Positions 53,725-62,722 of a stretch of 64,000 bases of DNA are shown piece after piece. The notes below the pieces were generated by a model. It was not told the origin of the DNA, ran no database searches, and saw only the letters and a program-made list of their open reading frames with translations. The stretch comes from an uncultured delta proteobacterium (GTDB lineage: Bacteria > Desulfobacterota > Syntrophia > Syntrophales > Smithellaceae): assembly GCA_963851005.1 (NCBI GenBank), contig CAWKNI010000007.1, positions 1,566,904 to 1,630,903 of the forward strand, given 5' to 3'. A program made the translations under genes and the position numbers. Every line of letters begins with the position of its first letter. Within the stretch, counting starts at the first letter, position 1.

Positions 53725-54459
53725 ATGAATAAAATGGCAAAAATACCAGATAAACCACAAGATGTTTTTGTTCCCTTGACTCAAGACTATCTGAAAGTCT
53801 TCGGCAAGGAGCTTGTCTCCCTTATTCTTTACGGAAGCGCAGCGGGCGGTTCTTATATAAAGGGGAAATCGGATATTAACTTGCTTGTTGTTGTTACAGA
53901 TAATGGCATCAGCAAGCTGGAAAATGTTTTAGCCACAGTTAAATATTGGCAAAAACGCCATGTGGCCTTGCCGCTGCTTATGACAAAGGCTTTTATTGAG
54001 TCTTCTCTGGATTGTTATCCGATAGAATTTTTGAATATGAAAAACCGCCACATTTTAATTTATGGCGATAATGTTTTGGAACAATTAAATTTTAAGCCGG
54101 AAGATTTACGTCTGCAAATTGAAAGGGAATTGAAAGGCAAACTGATTTTGTTGCGCCAGGGTTATCTGGAAACGGAAGGGAACGCGCGGCAATTGAAACG
54201 GCTGATCGGCCGGTCATTTACAGCTTTTATTTCCATCTTCAATGCCCTGCTTCACTTAAAGCAGGAATCGGCGCCACATAAAAGACGCGATACGATAAAA
54301 GAAGTGGCTAAACTTTTTGGTGTTGACGCGGAAGTATTCTTATCTTGTGCCGACATTAAAGAAGGCGTGGATAAACTCTCCGGCGAAGAAGTCGCGGGTG
54401 TTTTCAATAAATATTTTCATGAAATCGAAAAGATTTGCAACATCGTTGATGGATTATAA
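53725..54459 (+). CDS. nucleotidyltransferase-domain protein
   Basis: LILYGSAAGGSYIKGKSDINLLVVV (a GS...D.N/D motif). 244 aa. Confidence 0.65.
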   Translation: MNKMAKIPDKPQDVFVPLTQDYLKVFGKELVSLILYGSAAGGSYIKGKSDINLLVVVTDNGISKLENVLATVKYWQKRHVALPLLMTKAFIESSLDCYPIEFLNMKNRHILIYGDNVLEQLNFKPEDLRLQIERELKGKLILLRQGYLETEGNARQLKRLIGRSFTAFISIFNALLHLKQESAPHKRRDTIKEVAKLFGVDAEVFLSCADIKEGVDKLSGEEVAGVFNKYFHEIEKICNIVDGL

Positions 54460-54491
54460 TTTTTTAATTAATAATATACAGGAGGAAAGAA

Positions 54492-55055
54492 ATGGATTCA
54501 AAAAAGAAAACTTTAATCATTGTGCTGGCAGTAATTGCTTTATTGATTCTCTATGTTGTTAGTGGGTACAATAATTTTGTTAGATTGGATACAGCAGTTA
54601 AAAGTTCATGGGCACAGGTGGAAAATCAGTTGCAACGTCGATATGATCTTATTCCCAATCTGGTGGAAACTGTCAAGGGTTACGCCAAACAGGAAAAAGA
54701 TGTTATGGTGGAAGTAACCAACGCCCGCGCTAAAGTCGGCGGCGCCGGAAATGTTCCCGATAAGATTTCGGCTAATAATCAATTATCCGGCGCTTTGAGC
54801 AGATTGATGGTTGTTGTGGAAAAATATCCCGATCTGAAATCCAATCAGAATTTCATGGCGTTGCAGGATGAACTGGCGGGAACGGAAAACAGGATTGCCG
54901 TGGAAAGAATGAGATATAACGAAGCGGTAAAAATTTATAATCAGGGGATAAGATCATTCCCGGGTAATATTATTGCTGGTATGTGCAGGTTTAAAGAAGC
55001 TGCATTCTTTGAAGCTCCCAAGGAAGCCAAAGAAGCAGTCAAGGTTAAATTTTAG
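54492..55055 (+). CDS. lemA: LemA-family protein
   Basis: N-terminal TM segment, then YNNFVRLDTAVKSSWAQVENQLQRRYDLIPNLV and RYNEAVKIYN...FPGN. Confidence 0.9.
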   Translation: MDSKKKTLIIVLAVIALLILYVVSGYNNFVRLDTAVKSSWAQVENQLQRRYDLIPNLVETVKGYAKQEKDVMVEVTNARAKVGGAGNVPDKISANNQLSGALSRLMVVVEKYPDLKSNQNFMALQDELAGTENRIAVERMRYNEAVKIYNQGIRSFPGNIIAGMCRFKEAAFFEAPKEAKEAVKVKF

Positions 55056-55085
55056 CAGCAGATTGAATTCACAATGATTTATTTG

Positions 55086-55123
55086 GCCCTGAACCTTATA
55101 TGCAAAAAGGTTCAGGGCTTTTT
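55086..55123 (+). terminator. intrinsic terminator after lemA
   Basis: GCCCTGAACC-n13-GGTTCAGGGC followed by TTTTT. Confidence 0.75.
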
Positions 55124-55182
55124 AATGAGACTCAAATTTCAAAAACGCAGTGAATTGAAATTTGTTAGCCGAATTATCCCGG
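55124..55182 (-). repeat. family-2 module (minus orientation)
   Basis: The reverse complement reads CCGGGATAATTCGGCTAA CAAATTTCAA ttcactgcgttt TTGAAATTTG AGTCTCATT. Confidence 0.7.
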
Positions 55183-55192
55183 TTGAGTTTCT

Positions 55193-56095
55193 TCATGACT
55201 CATACCGGGGCTTATAATAAGCTGTTTTCCATACACCGTTTTCAGCTATTATCCGGGAAGGCTCGCACAAATTTACAGGCCTTTTATATGCATCAATGCT
55301 GTATTCCGGATCGTGCGGCAGTTTAAGGATGTTTCCCGCCAGTTGCGGCAGTATGGGATAGATGATTTTTGTTTTAGCTGCGGCAAAAAGCTCATCGATA
55401 TCTCTAAAAGCGGACAGTTCTTCTATCGTTTTAAATGTGGGTGGCATCAAGATAATATTTTGTTCGCGATGCATCTCCAGCGCTTTTTGCGGCGTTATCC
55501 AGAGAGATACCGTAAGTTCCGTCGTGTCGGCCACAGGCGTTTGATCTGGCGGTAATTTGGCTAGAAAAAAGCGGGCGCTGAATCTCTTTTTTTCAAATTC
55601 CGGCGTAATCCAGTGAGCGTAAGGAATCAGAGCGTCAGGGTAAATTGAAATTTCTTCTTTTTGAGCAATTCCCGCCAGTGTAATTTGAGAAGCGTTAAGC
55701 TGATGCCGGTAGTCATTGAATCTTTTAAGAACTTTTTCGTCATGAAACGAAACATAATTCCCGATGGTTTTGCCGCCTAAAAGAATGCCGGCCTCTTCGA
55801 AAGTTTCCCTGATGGCGGCGATGAAAAATCCCAGTGCTTTTTCGCTGGGCAAGCCGCTATCCTGCAGCAACCGGCACGGATCAAAGACATCCGCAGTCTT
55901 GATATATTTATTGAGTTCCGGATCATTGTCGACTTCTTCCAGTTGCCCGCCGGGAAATACATACGCCCCGGCCATAAAAGCCTGATTCTGATGACGCCGC
56001 GCTAAAAATATTTCCCAGTCAACCGATTTCGATGGCCGGATTAAAATTACGGTCGCCGCGTCTTTAAGAACAAATTTATTTTCTGTTAAATTCAT
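55193..56095 (-). CDS. NUDIX-family hydrolase
   Basis: Nudix box: FPGGQLEEVDN...AAIRETFEEAGILLG. Confidence 0.8.
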   Translation of the reverse strand: MNLTENKFVLKDAATVILIRPSKSVDWEIFLARRHQNQAFMAGAYVFPGGQLEEVDNDPELNKYIKTADVFDPCRLLQDSGLPSEKALGFFIAAIRETFEEAGILLGGKTIGNYVSFHDEKVLKRFNDYRHQLNASQITLAGIAQKEEISIYPDALIPYAHWITPEFEKKRFSARFFLAKLPPDQTPVADTTELTVSLWITPQKALEMHREQNIILMPPTFKTIEELSAFRDIDELFAAAKTKIIYPILPQLAGNILKLPHDPEYSIDAYKRPVNLCEPSRIIAENGVWKTAYYKPRYES

Positions 56096-56228
56096 AAGGT
56101 TTCAAAATAAACTTATATTCTTCTTTTGCCGCAGTTTCAACTTTTATATGTGTCCCCAAAATAGACATTGATTTTCTTATAAATCATCTCCCTTGACGGG
56201 AGAGGGGTGGGGTGAGGGTGAAAAATAA

Positions 56229-57437
56229 TTAAGCATCACCCACTTGGTTTTCCCTCCCGCCAGGTTCAATAATCGTCTGCGCATCTTTATCGCCGCGCCC
56301 GGAAAGACAAATCACAATTATTTTATTTTTGGCCATTTTTGGCGCTATCTTCATGGCATAGGCAATCGCATGCGCGCTCTCCAGTGCTGGGATTATGCCC
56401 TCCTTCAGAGATAGAAACGAAAAAGCATTGATGGCTTCTTTATCCGTTACCGTGACGTATTTTACTTTTTTAATTGCGTGAAAATAGGCGTGCTCCGGCC
56501 CGACTCCGGGATAATCCAAGCCTGCGGCAATCGAATAAGCGTCGCGCACCTGCCCGTGCTCGTCCTGCAAAAGATAAGTCTTGTTTCCATGAAGAACGCC
56601 GACTTTGCCGCCGTTGATACTGGCCGAATGCTCGGAGGTATTCAAACCGTGACCAGCCGCTTCCACTCCATACATGGCTATATTTTTTTCATTACGGAAC
56701 GGATAGAAAGTTCCCATGGCGTTACTGCCTCCTCCCACGCAGGCAATTAAAACATCGGGATTTCTGCCTTCCAATTTTTGGATTTGCTTTTTTGTCTCGC
56801 GTCCGATGACCAATTGAAAATCGCGCACAATCAGCGGATACGGATGCGGTCCGGCTGTCGTGCCGATAACGTAAAAGGTATCGCGCACGCTGGAGACCCA
56901 GTAACGCATGGCCTCGTTCATCGCGTCTTTAAGGGTCGCGGTGCCGCTTTTCACGGGCACAACTTCCGCGCCCAGTATTTTCATGCGGAAAACATTGGGA
57001 GCCTGACGACGGATGTCTTCTTCGCCCATGAATATTTTGCATTCCATGCCGAAGAGGGCCGCCACGGTGGCCGTGGCCACACCGTGCTGTCCCGCTCCTG
57101 TTTCCGCAATGACTTTTTTCTTGCCCATCCTGCGCGCCAGGATCGCCTGCCCCAGCGTGTTGTTTATTTTGTGGGAGCCGGTATGATTTAAATCTTCGCG
57201 CTTCAGGTATATTTTCGCGCCGCGTAAAGATTCGGACATCCGGCAAGCATAATAAAGAGGCGTAGGGCGTCCGGAATATTCCCGCTGATACCACTCAAAT
57301 TCTTTTTGGAATGCTTTATCTTTCTGGGCAACCAGGTATGCTTTTTCCAGTTCGATCAAAGCGGGCATCAAGGTTTCAGCGGCATAACGCCCGCCAAAAA
57401 TCCCAAAATGTCCGTACTGGTCAGGTTGAGTCTTCAT
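56229..57437 (-). CDS. trpB: tryptophan synthase beta chain
   Basis: [28 protein letters not shown] and [10 protein letters not shown]. Confidence 0.95.
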   Translation of the reverse strand: MKTQPDQYGHFGIFGGRYAAETLMPALIELEKAYLVAQKDKAFQKEFEWYQREYSGRPTPLYYACRMSESLRGAKIYLKREDLNHTGSHKINNTLGQAILARRMGKKKVIAETGAGQHGVATATVAALFGMECKIFMGEEDIRRQAPNVFRMKILGAEVVPVKSGTATLKDAMNEAMRYWVSSVRDTFYVIGTTAGPHPYPLIVRDFQLVIGRETKKQIQKLEGRNPDVLIACVGGGSNAMGTFYPFRNEKNIAMYGVEAAGHGLNTSEHSASINGGKVGVLHGNKTYLLQDEHGQVRDAYSIAAGLDYPGVGPEHAYFHAIKKVKYVTVTDKEAINAFSFLSLKEGIIPALESAHAIAYAMKIAPKMAKNKIIVICLSGRGDKDAQTIIEPGGRENQVGDA

Positions 57438-57440
57438 AAA

Positions 57441-58100
57441 TTATTCCCTCTTCGTAAAAATTAATAGTGCGTTGTCCGGAGCGATATCCGCCGCTCGGAT
57501 AATTTTAAATATCCGTGCCAGTTTCGCGTGATCTTTTTTGCCAGGGCTTAACTCTACGCCGCTGTTGATATCAAGAGCATGGGGTGTCACATCTTTTATG
57601 GCTTGGGCAATATTATCTTCATTGATCCCGCCGGAAAGAATCAGCGGCTTTTTATTTTTGATGCGGCAGGCCAAATCCCAGTTGGCTTTTTTGCTTGTGC
57701 CACCGTAAAGTCCGGCATGACGGCTGTCGACCAATATAGCGCCGACATGATAACTTTTGGCGTAAACAAAATCTGCCTCGTTTTTCAATTCTACTGCTTT
57801 AATTACCTGGGCTGATGGAAATTCCCGGCAAAACTCCGGTGTTTCGTCGCCGTGTAGCTGGATCATATCGAATCCGCAATATTCCACAATCCTTTTTATC
57901 TCTTTCGGTTTTTCATTGACGAATACGCCGACCTTTACCAAATCATCTGGCAGCACTCCGACAATCTTTCGGGCATTCGAAGGTTTTATGTAGCGCGGTG
58001 ACGGCGGATAAAAGATAAAGCCCAGCGCCACCGCGCCGCAATCGGCTGCGCACATAGCGTCTTCTTTATTGGTTATGCCGCAGATTTTAACCGGTGTCAT
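57441..58100 (-). CDS. trpF: phosphoribosylanthranilate isomerase
   Basis: VKICGIT, GADAL-like GAVALGFIF, QLHGDE and LSGG. Confidence 0.9.
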   Translation of the reverse strand: MTPVKICGITNKEDAMCAADCGAVALGFIFYPPSPRYIKPSNARKIVGVLPDDLVKVGVFVNEKPKEIKRIVEYCGFDMIQLHGDETPEFCREFPSAQVIKAVELKNEADFVYAKSYHVGAILVDSRHAGLYGGTSKKANWDLACRIKNKKPLILSGGINEDNIAQAIKDVTPHALDINSGVELSPGKKDHAKLARIFKIIRAADIAPDNALLIFTKRE

Positions 58101-58101
58101 T

Positions 58102-58875
58102 TTATTTTTCTCCTTTGAACGCGCGTAGTTTTTCTCCGATGTCCGGTACGATGATCAAAGCCTCGCCGATCAAAAAAGTATGGATATTTGCTTGCATTAA
58201 AAATTCTATATCCGTTCTCGACATAATTCCGCTTTCGGCTATAACAACTTTATCGGCAGGAATTAGCGCTCGGAGCTTGCGGCTGGTTTCAATATAGATA
58301 ACAAAAGTATCCAGATTCCTGTTATTGATTCCAATAATATCCGCATCAGCGGCCAGAGCCGATTCTAATTCTTCTTGTGTATGAACTTCCACCAGTGGAC
58401 TCAAGCCCAACTCCCGGGATAACAAAATAAATTCATTAAGCTTCTTTCCTAAGACGTGAACGATAAGCAAAATGGCGTCCGCGCCGATTGCCCGTGTTTC
58501 ATAAATCTGTAAAGGATGAATGATAAAATCTTTGCGCAAAAGAGGCAGCTTCACTTTTTGTTTGATTTGGGTCAGGTAATTTTTATGACCGGCGAAATAT
58601 TTTTCATCGGTGAGAACAGAAATCGCAGCTGCGCCATTTTTCTCATAAATACCGGCAATTTTGACCGGATCGAAATCCGTAATAAGTCTGCCGCGCGATG
58701 GCGACGCGCATTTTACTTCGGCAATAATGTTGCAGTCCGTAGAGCTTATCGCCTGCCGGAAATTCCGGCACGGCTCAAGCCCGGCGATTGTTTCGCGCAG
58801 ACGCACCTCTGTTGTTTCCTTTTTCAACTGTCCCACTTCTTCTTTTTTGGTTTCAATAATTTTATCGAGAATCAT
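58102..58875 (-). CDS. trpC: indole-3-glycerol-phosphate synthase
   Basis: IIAEVKCASPSRG, ISVLTDEKYFAG, LRKDFI, EVH, GINNRNL and ESG. Confidence 0.92.
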   Translation of the reverse strand: MILDKIIETKKEEVGQLKKETTEVRLRETIAGLEPCRNFRQAISSTDCNIIAEVKCASPSRGRLITDFDPVKIAGIYEKNGAAAISVLTDEKYFAGHKNYLTQIKQKVKLPLLRKDFIIHPLQIYETRAIGADAILLIVHVLGKKLNEFILLSRELGLSPLVEVHTQEELESALAADADIIGINNRNLDTFVIYIETSRKLRALIPADKVVIAESGIMSRTDIEFLMQANIHTFLIGEALIIVPDIGEKLRAFKGEK

Positions 58876-58894
58876 ATTTTGTTAAATTTTGTAC

Positions 58895-59152
58895 CCCCCT
58901 TTAATTCCCTCCTTTTTAAAGGAGGGTTAGGGAGGATTTTACTTTTTGTGCTTATTATCCCACGGCGCTATGCGCCTGGGACAATTCAACTTGCGCTTCA
59001 ATCTTCGTAATACTCGTTTTACCACGGCGCTACGCGCCTGGTATAATTCGACCAGCAAGCTTCAGCGCACTTTGTTTCTGAAGCTCGGGTCTCATTATCC
59101 GCTAGTTTCATTGAATCCCCCTCAATCCCCCTTTACAAAAGGGGGATTTTTT
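58895..59152. repeat. family-2 palindromic units filling the trpC-trpD gap
   Basis: CCCTCCTTtttaAAGGAGGG; TTATCCCacggcgctatgcgcctGGGACAATTC; TTTTACCacggcgctacgcgcctGGTATAATTCGACCAGCA AGCTTCAG cgcactttgttt CTGAAGCT CGGGTCTCATTA; and AATCCCCCTttacaaaAGGGGGATT. Confidence 0.7.
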
Positions 59153-59176
59153 AATGAACTCTATTTTTTATTATTT

Positions 59177-60187
59177 TCAACTGTTGCTCAGTTCAATAAG
59201 TAATTGCAATTTCTTTACCGCCGCGCCGCTGTCAATGCAATCGGCAGCAACCTTTAGTCCATCTTTAACATCATCCGCTTTTTCTCCGGCAACAATCGCC
59301 AAAGCTGCGTTAATCAAAACAACGTTACGGCAAGCTCCGTTTTTCCCCGAAAGAACATCTCTGGTAATCTGGGCATTAACATCTGGATCGCCGCCGCGAA
59401 TGGCATCCAGCGGATCAACTCTGTCGAAATAGTCCAGCGGATTGATATTATATGTTCGAATAATCCCGTCTTTGAGTTCCGCAACGCGCGTTTCTCCGGT
59501 TATCGTGACCTCGTCCAGTCCGTCCAGCCCATGAACGACGTATGCTCTTTTTGTACCCATATTTTTTAACACATCGGCAAACATTTCAGTAAGTTTCGGT
59601 TCATAAACACCCAGAAGCTGCACGGTCGCTCCTGCAGGATTGGTCAGCGGCCCCAGCATGTTAAATATTGTGCGGATGCCAATTTCACGCCGGGGGCCAA
59701 TCGCATATTTCATGGCACCGTGCATTTTGGGCGCGAAGAGAAACCCGATGCCGATTTGCTGAATACATTCTTCCACGATTTCCTGAGGCGCGCTGATATT
59801 GACACCGAGAGCTTCCAGAACATCGGCGCTTCCGCAGCCGCTGGAGACCGCGCGGTTGCCGTGCTTGGCCACAACAATTCCCGCAGCAGCAACCACAAAG
59901 GCAGCAGTTGTCGATATATTAAAAGTGTTGAGTTTATCACCTCCGGTTCCACAAGTATCCGCTATTGTTGTTGCGCAGGCATTCACGCGTGTAGCTTTCT
60001 GGCGCATGATGCGCGCCGCGCCCGTGACTTCTTCCACTGTTTCGCCTTTCATGCGCAGCGCCGTAATTAAAGCTGCTATTTGAGCCTGTGTAGCCGTGCC
60101 ATCCATAATTTCTTCCATAGCCGCCATCATCTCCGCTTCCCGCAGATCAGTTTTTGTGACTGCCTTATCAATAGCCTCCTTAATCAT
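59177..60187 (-). CDS. trpD: anthranilate phosphoribosyltransferase
   Basis: DTCGTGGDKLNTFNISTT and KHGNRAVSS. Confidence 0.93.
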   Translation of the reverse strand: MIKEAIDKAVTKTDLREAEMMAAMEEIMDGTATQAQIAALITALRMKGETVEEVTGAARIMRQKATRVNACATTIADTCGTGGDKLNTFNISTTAAFVVAAAGIVVAKHGNRAVSSGCGSADVLEALGVNISAPQEIVEECIQQIGIGFLFAPKMHGAMKYAIGPRREIGIRTIFNMLGPLTNPAGATVQLLGVYEPKLTEMFADVLKNMGTKRAYVVHGLDGLDEVTITGETRVAELKDGIIRTYNINPLDYFDRVDPLDAIRGGDPDVNAQITRDVLSGKNGACRNVVLINAALAIVAGEKADDVKDGLKVAADCIDSGAAVKKLQLLIELSNS

Positions 60188-60771
60188 GACTTATGCTCCT
60201 TTCTGCCAGTATATTTCAAAAAGTTTCTTATAATGCGTTTACCCTGCGGTGTCAAAACAGATTCCGGATGAAACTGAATGCCTTCCACCGGATATTCTTT
60301 ATGCCGCAATCCCATGATTTCGCCCTCAGCCGTTTCGGCGCTGATCTCGAAACAGGCAGGTAATGTTTCTCTGGCAACAAGCAGTGAATGATAACGTCCG
60401 GCGGGAAAAGGATTGGGAAGTCCGGCAAATATTGTTCTGCCGTCATTGATAATCGGCGAAGTTTTGCCGTGCATAATGCGAGAAGCGCGCACTACCTCCG
60501 CTCCAAGAGCATAAGCTATGGATTGATGCCCAAGACATATTCCCATAATCGGTACATCTTTATAAAATTCGCGAACGACATCAACGGTTATCCCCGCCTC
60601 GTGGGGCGTGCAAGGTCCCGGGGAAAGAAAAATAGCCGCAGGTTTCAAACGTCTTATTTCTTCCGTTTTTATTTTGTCATTACGAAACACCTCCACATTC
60701 TCGCCCATCTGACCCAGGTACTGGACGATATTGAAGGTAAAGGAATCGTAGTTATCAATCATCAAAATCAT
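60184..60771 (-). CDS. trpG: anthranilate synthase component II (glutamine amidotransferase)
   Basis: ILMIDNYDSFTFN, GICLGHQ and QFHPES. Confidence 0.93.
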   Translation of the reverse strand: MILMIDNYDSFTFNIVQYLGQMGENVEVFRNDKIKTEEIRRLKPAAIFLSPGPCTPHEAGITVDVVREFYKDVPIMGICLGHQSIAYALGAEVVRASRIMHGKTSPIINDGRTIFAGLPNPFPAGRYHSLLVARETLPACFEISAETAEGEIMGLRHKEYPVEGIQFHPESVLTPQGKRIIRNFLKYTGRKEHKS

Positions 60772-60780
60772 GCTTCTCTC

Positions 60781-62274
60781 CTAGTTGCCGTTATTAATTT
60801 CAAAACCGCTGGCCGCCAGACGCACGGCCTGCAACATGCCCCGCGATTTGTTCAGCGATTCCTGATGCTCCGATTCTGGAATGGAGTCGTAAACAATGCC
60901 GGCCCCCGCCTGAACATAAATCTTGCCATTTTTTAAAACCATCGTTCGGATGGTGATGCACAAATCCATATTGCCACTGAAACTGAAATAACCTACCGCG
61001 CCGCCATAAGGCCCTCTTTTGACTTTTTCTAGTTCATTGATAATTTCCATTGCCCGCACTTTGGGCGCGCCGGTCAAAGTGCCCGCCGGAAATGTTGCCG
61101 TCAGAACATCGAAGGCGTCTTTCCCTCTGGCTAACTGCGCACGCACGTTGGACACCAGATGCATGACATGTGAATATTTTTCCACAACCATATATTGATT
61201 CACCTGAACGCTGCCGGTTTGCGCTACACGCCCCAGATCGTTGCGCCCCAAATCAACCAGCATAACGTGCTCCGCCCGCTCTTTTTCGTCGGAAAGCAAT
61301 TCATCGGATAACGTGCGGTCTTCCTGCTCGGTTTTACCTCTTGGTCTTGTTCCGGCAATGGGACGCAATTCCAGTGTTTCCTCCTCTTTGCGCACCATAA
61401 CTTCCGGCGAAGAACCGATGAGCGTTAGATCATCTAACTTGAGAAAAAACAAATAAGGAGAAGGATTCACGAAACGCAACGCCCGGTAGAGATCGATGGG
61501 ATTGGAGCGGCAATCGGTCTCAAAGCGCTGTGAGAGGACCACCTGAATAATATCTCCCGCAACAATGTATTCCTTGGCTTTCTCAATGGCGGCTTTGTAT
61601 TGCTGGGGCGTCATGTTGGATTTAAAGTTTACTTCACTTCCCGTGGAATCTGCTGTTTTGTGAGACGCCGCTGCCAAAATTGTTTCGATCATCGCTTCAA
61701 TCTTTTGGCACGATGCGTCGTAACTTGCTTCCAGCGAATCCGTGTATTCCGTGTAGGCGCAGGCTACCACTTTGATCGTATGGCGCACGTTGTCAAAAAT
61801 CATTAAAGAATCACTGATTACAAAAACAGCCTCGTCCAGATTCAGATCATCCGGCGGGCTCGCCGGCAGTTTTTCAAAGTAACGCACCATTTCATAGCCC
61901 AGGAAACCTACAGCGCCGCCGTAAAACCGGGGCAGGCCGGGAATAGAAACCGGCTTATAGCGGTTGAGCAATTCGCGAAGTCCATTCAGGGGATTGCCAT
62001 TGTGCTCATGGATTGTGATTCTCCCCTTCTCCTCTATAATAACTTTATCGCCATGGACTTTAAATACAACTCCCGCGTCCGTCCCTAAAAAGGAATACCG
62101 GCCCCACTTCTCACCGCCTTCCACGCTTTCCAGAAGATAAACGTGATCTTTATTTTGCAGTTTCATTAAAACTGAAACAGGCGTTTCCACATCGGCTAAT
62201 ATTTCCCGATAGACTGGAATTAAATTTCCTTTTGAGGCTAACTTTTCGAATTCCGCAAAACTTGGTTGATACAT
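60781..62274 (-). CDS. trpE: anthranilate synthase component I
   Basis: LLESVEGGEKWGRYSF, GSSPEVMV, GTLTGAPKVRAMEII and YGGAVGYF. Confidence 0.95.
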   Translation of the reverse strand: MYQPSFAEFEKLASKGNLIPVYREILADVETPVSVLMKLQNKDHVYLLESVEGGEKWGRYSFLGTDAGVVFKVHGDKVIIEEKGRITIHEHNGNPLNGLRELLNRYKPVSIPGLPRFYGGAVGFLGYEMVRYFEKLPASPPDDLNLDEAVFVISDSLMIFDNVRHTIKVVACAYTEYTDSLEASYDASCQKIEAMIETILAAASHKTADSTGSEVNFKSNMTPQQYKAAIEKAKEYIVAGDIIQVVLSQRFETDCRSNPIDLYRALRFVNPSPYLFFLKLDDLTLIGSSPEVMVRKEEETLELRPIAGTRPRGKTEQEDRTLSDELLSDEKERAEHVMLVDLGRNDLGRVAQTGSVQVNQYMVVEKYSHVMHLVSNVRAQLARGKDAFDVLTATFPAGTLTGAPKVRAMEIINELEKVKRGPYGGAVGYFSFSGNMDLCITIRTMVLKNGKIYVQAGAGIVYDSIPESEHQESLNKSRGMLQAVRLAASGFEINNGN

Positions 62275-62296
62275 AAAATTTACTCCTTAAATAGCA

Positions 62297-62324
62297 AAGG
62301 CCGTGATTTATTTATCACGGCCTT
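62297..62324 (-). promoter_or_regulatory. second hairpin, between the attenuator and the trpE SD
   Basis: AAGGCCGTGAT-aaataa-ATCACGGCCTT. It shares the GCCGTG/CACGGC core with the terminator arms. Confidence 0.4.
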
Positions 62325-62332
62325 AATAGATT

Positions 62333-62380
62333 GCTAAAAATAAAAAAGCCGTGGAGCTCCCGGAGGCTCTCCACGGCTTT
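62333..62380 (-). terminator. trp attenuator: intrinsic terminator between the leader peptide and trpE
   Basis: The minus strand reads AAAGCCGTGGAG-agcctccgggag-CTCCACGGCTTT (12-bp perfect stem), followed by TTTATTTTT. Confidence 0.75.
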
Positions 62381-62398
62381 AACTTTATTTAAAAAAGA

Positions 62399-62476
62399 TC
62401 AGCGGCGGAAAATCCTCCCTTTGAGGTTCCACCACCACCAGTTATTAAGATTTAATTTTTTAATCGTTGTTTTCAT
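62399..62476 (-). CDS. trpL: trp operon leader peptide (25 aa) with four consecutive Trp codons
   Basis: The minus strand reads ATG AAA ACA ACG ATT AAA AAA TTA AAT CTT AAT AAC TGG TGG TGG TGG AAC CTC AAA GGG AGG ATT TTC CGC CGC TGA, giving MKTTIKKLNLNNWWWWNLKGRIFRR. The SD-like GGAAAGAG lies 5 nt upstream. Confidence 0.7.
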   Translation of the reverse strand: MKTTIKKLNLNNWWWWNLKGRIFRR

Positions 62477-62505
62477 AAAACTCTTTCCATTTTCAATGTG
62501 GCATC

Positions 62506-62534
62506 CATATAACAGCAAGAAAATCGTCTGTCAA
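62506..62534 (-). promoter_or_regulatory. candidate sigma70-type promoter of the trp operon
   Basis: The minus strand reads TTGACA-17 nt-TATATG, about 30 nt upstream of the leader ATG. Confidence 0.4.
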
Positions 62535-62544
62535 TAGATTTTTA

Positions 62545-62670
62545 GTGACACTCGCTAAGAACGAGCGTAGCGAAGTTCGAAGCGTAAGTGGAACTATCCC
62601 AGGAGCGACGCGACATGGGATTAATGACACCTTATCGAAAACGTAGTGAACTGAAATCTACCTGTTTTCG
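62545..62670. repeat. family-2 palindromic units
   Basis: GTGACACTCGCTAAGA...GAAGTTCGAAGCGTAAGTGGAACTATCCCaggagcgacgcgacatGGGATTAATGACAC, then CGAAAAC-n21-GTTTTCG. The region is homologous to 5380-5470 and, inverted, to 47871-47905. Confidence 0.65.
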
Positions 62671-62722
62671 GTTGCGCCAGTGATAAAAATCATAATGATT
62701 TCTTGGTGCATGCGTCATATCA

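Noticed and set aside
53554-53784. 76-aa minus-strand ORF rich in Ala (AAAAAAAAKAAKAAAE).
   Set aside because: It is an antisense artefact of the GGC-repeat poly-Gly tail of the TPM-domain gene.
62331-62537. 68-aa plus-strand ORF with an HHHQ run.
   Set aside because: It is the antisense reading of the trp leader: CCACCACCACCA is four TGG codons on the minus strand. The minus-strand interpretation has a promoter, an SD, a terminator and a functional context.
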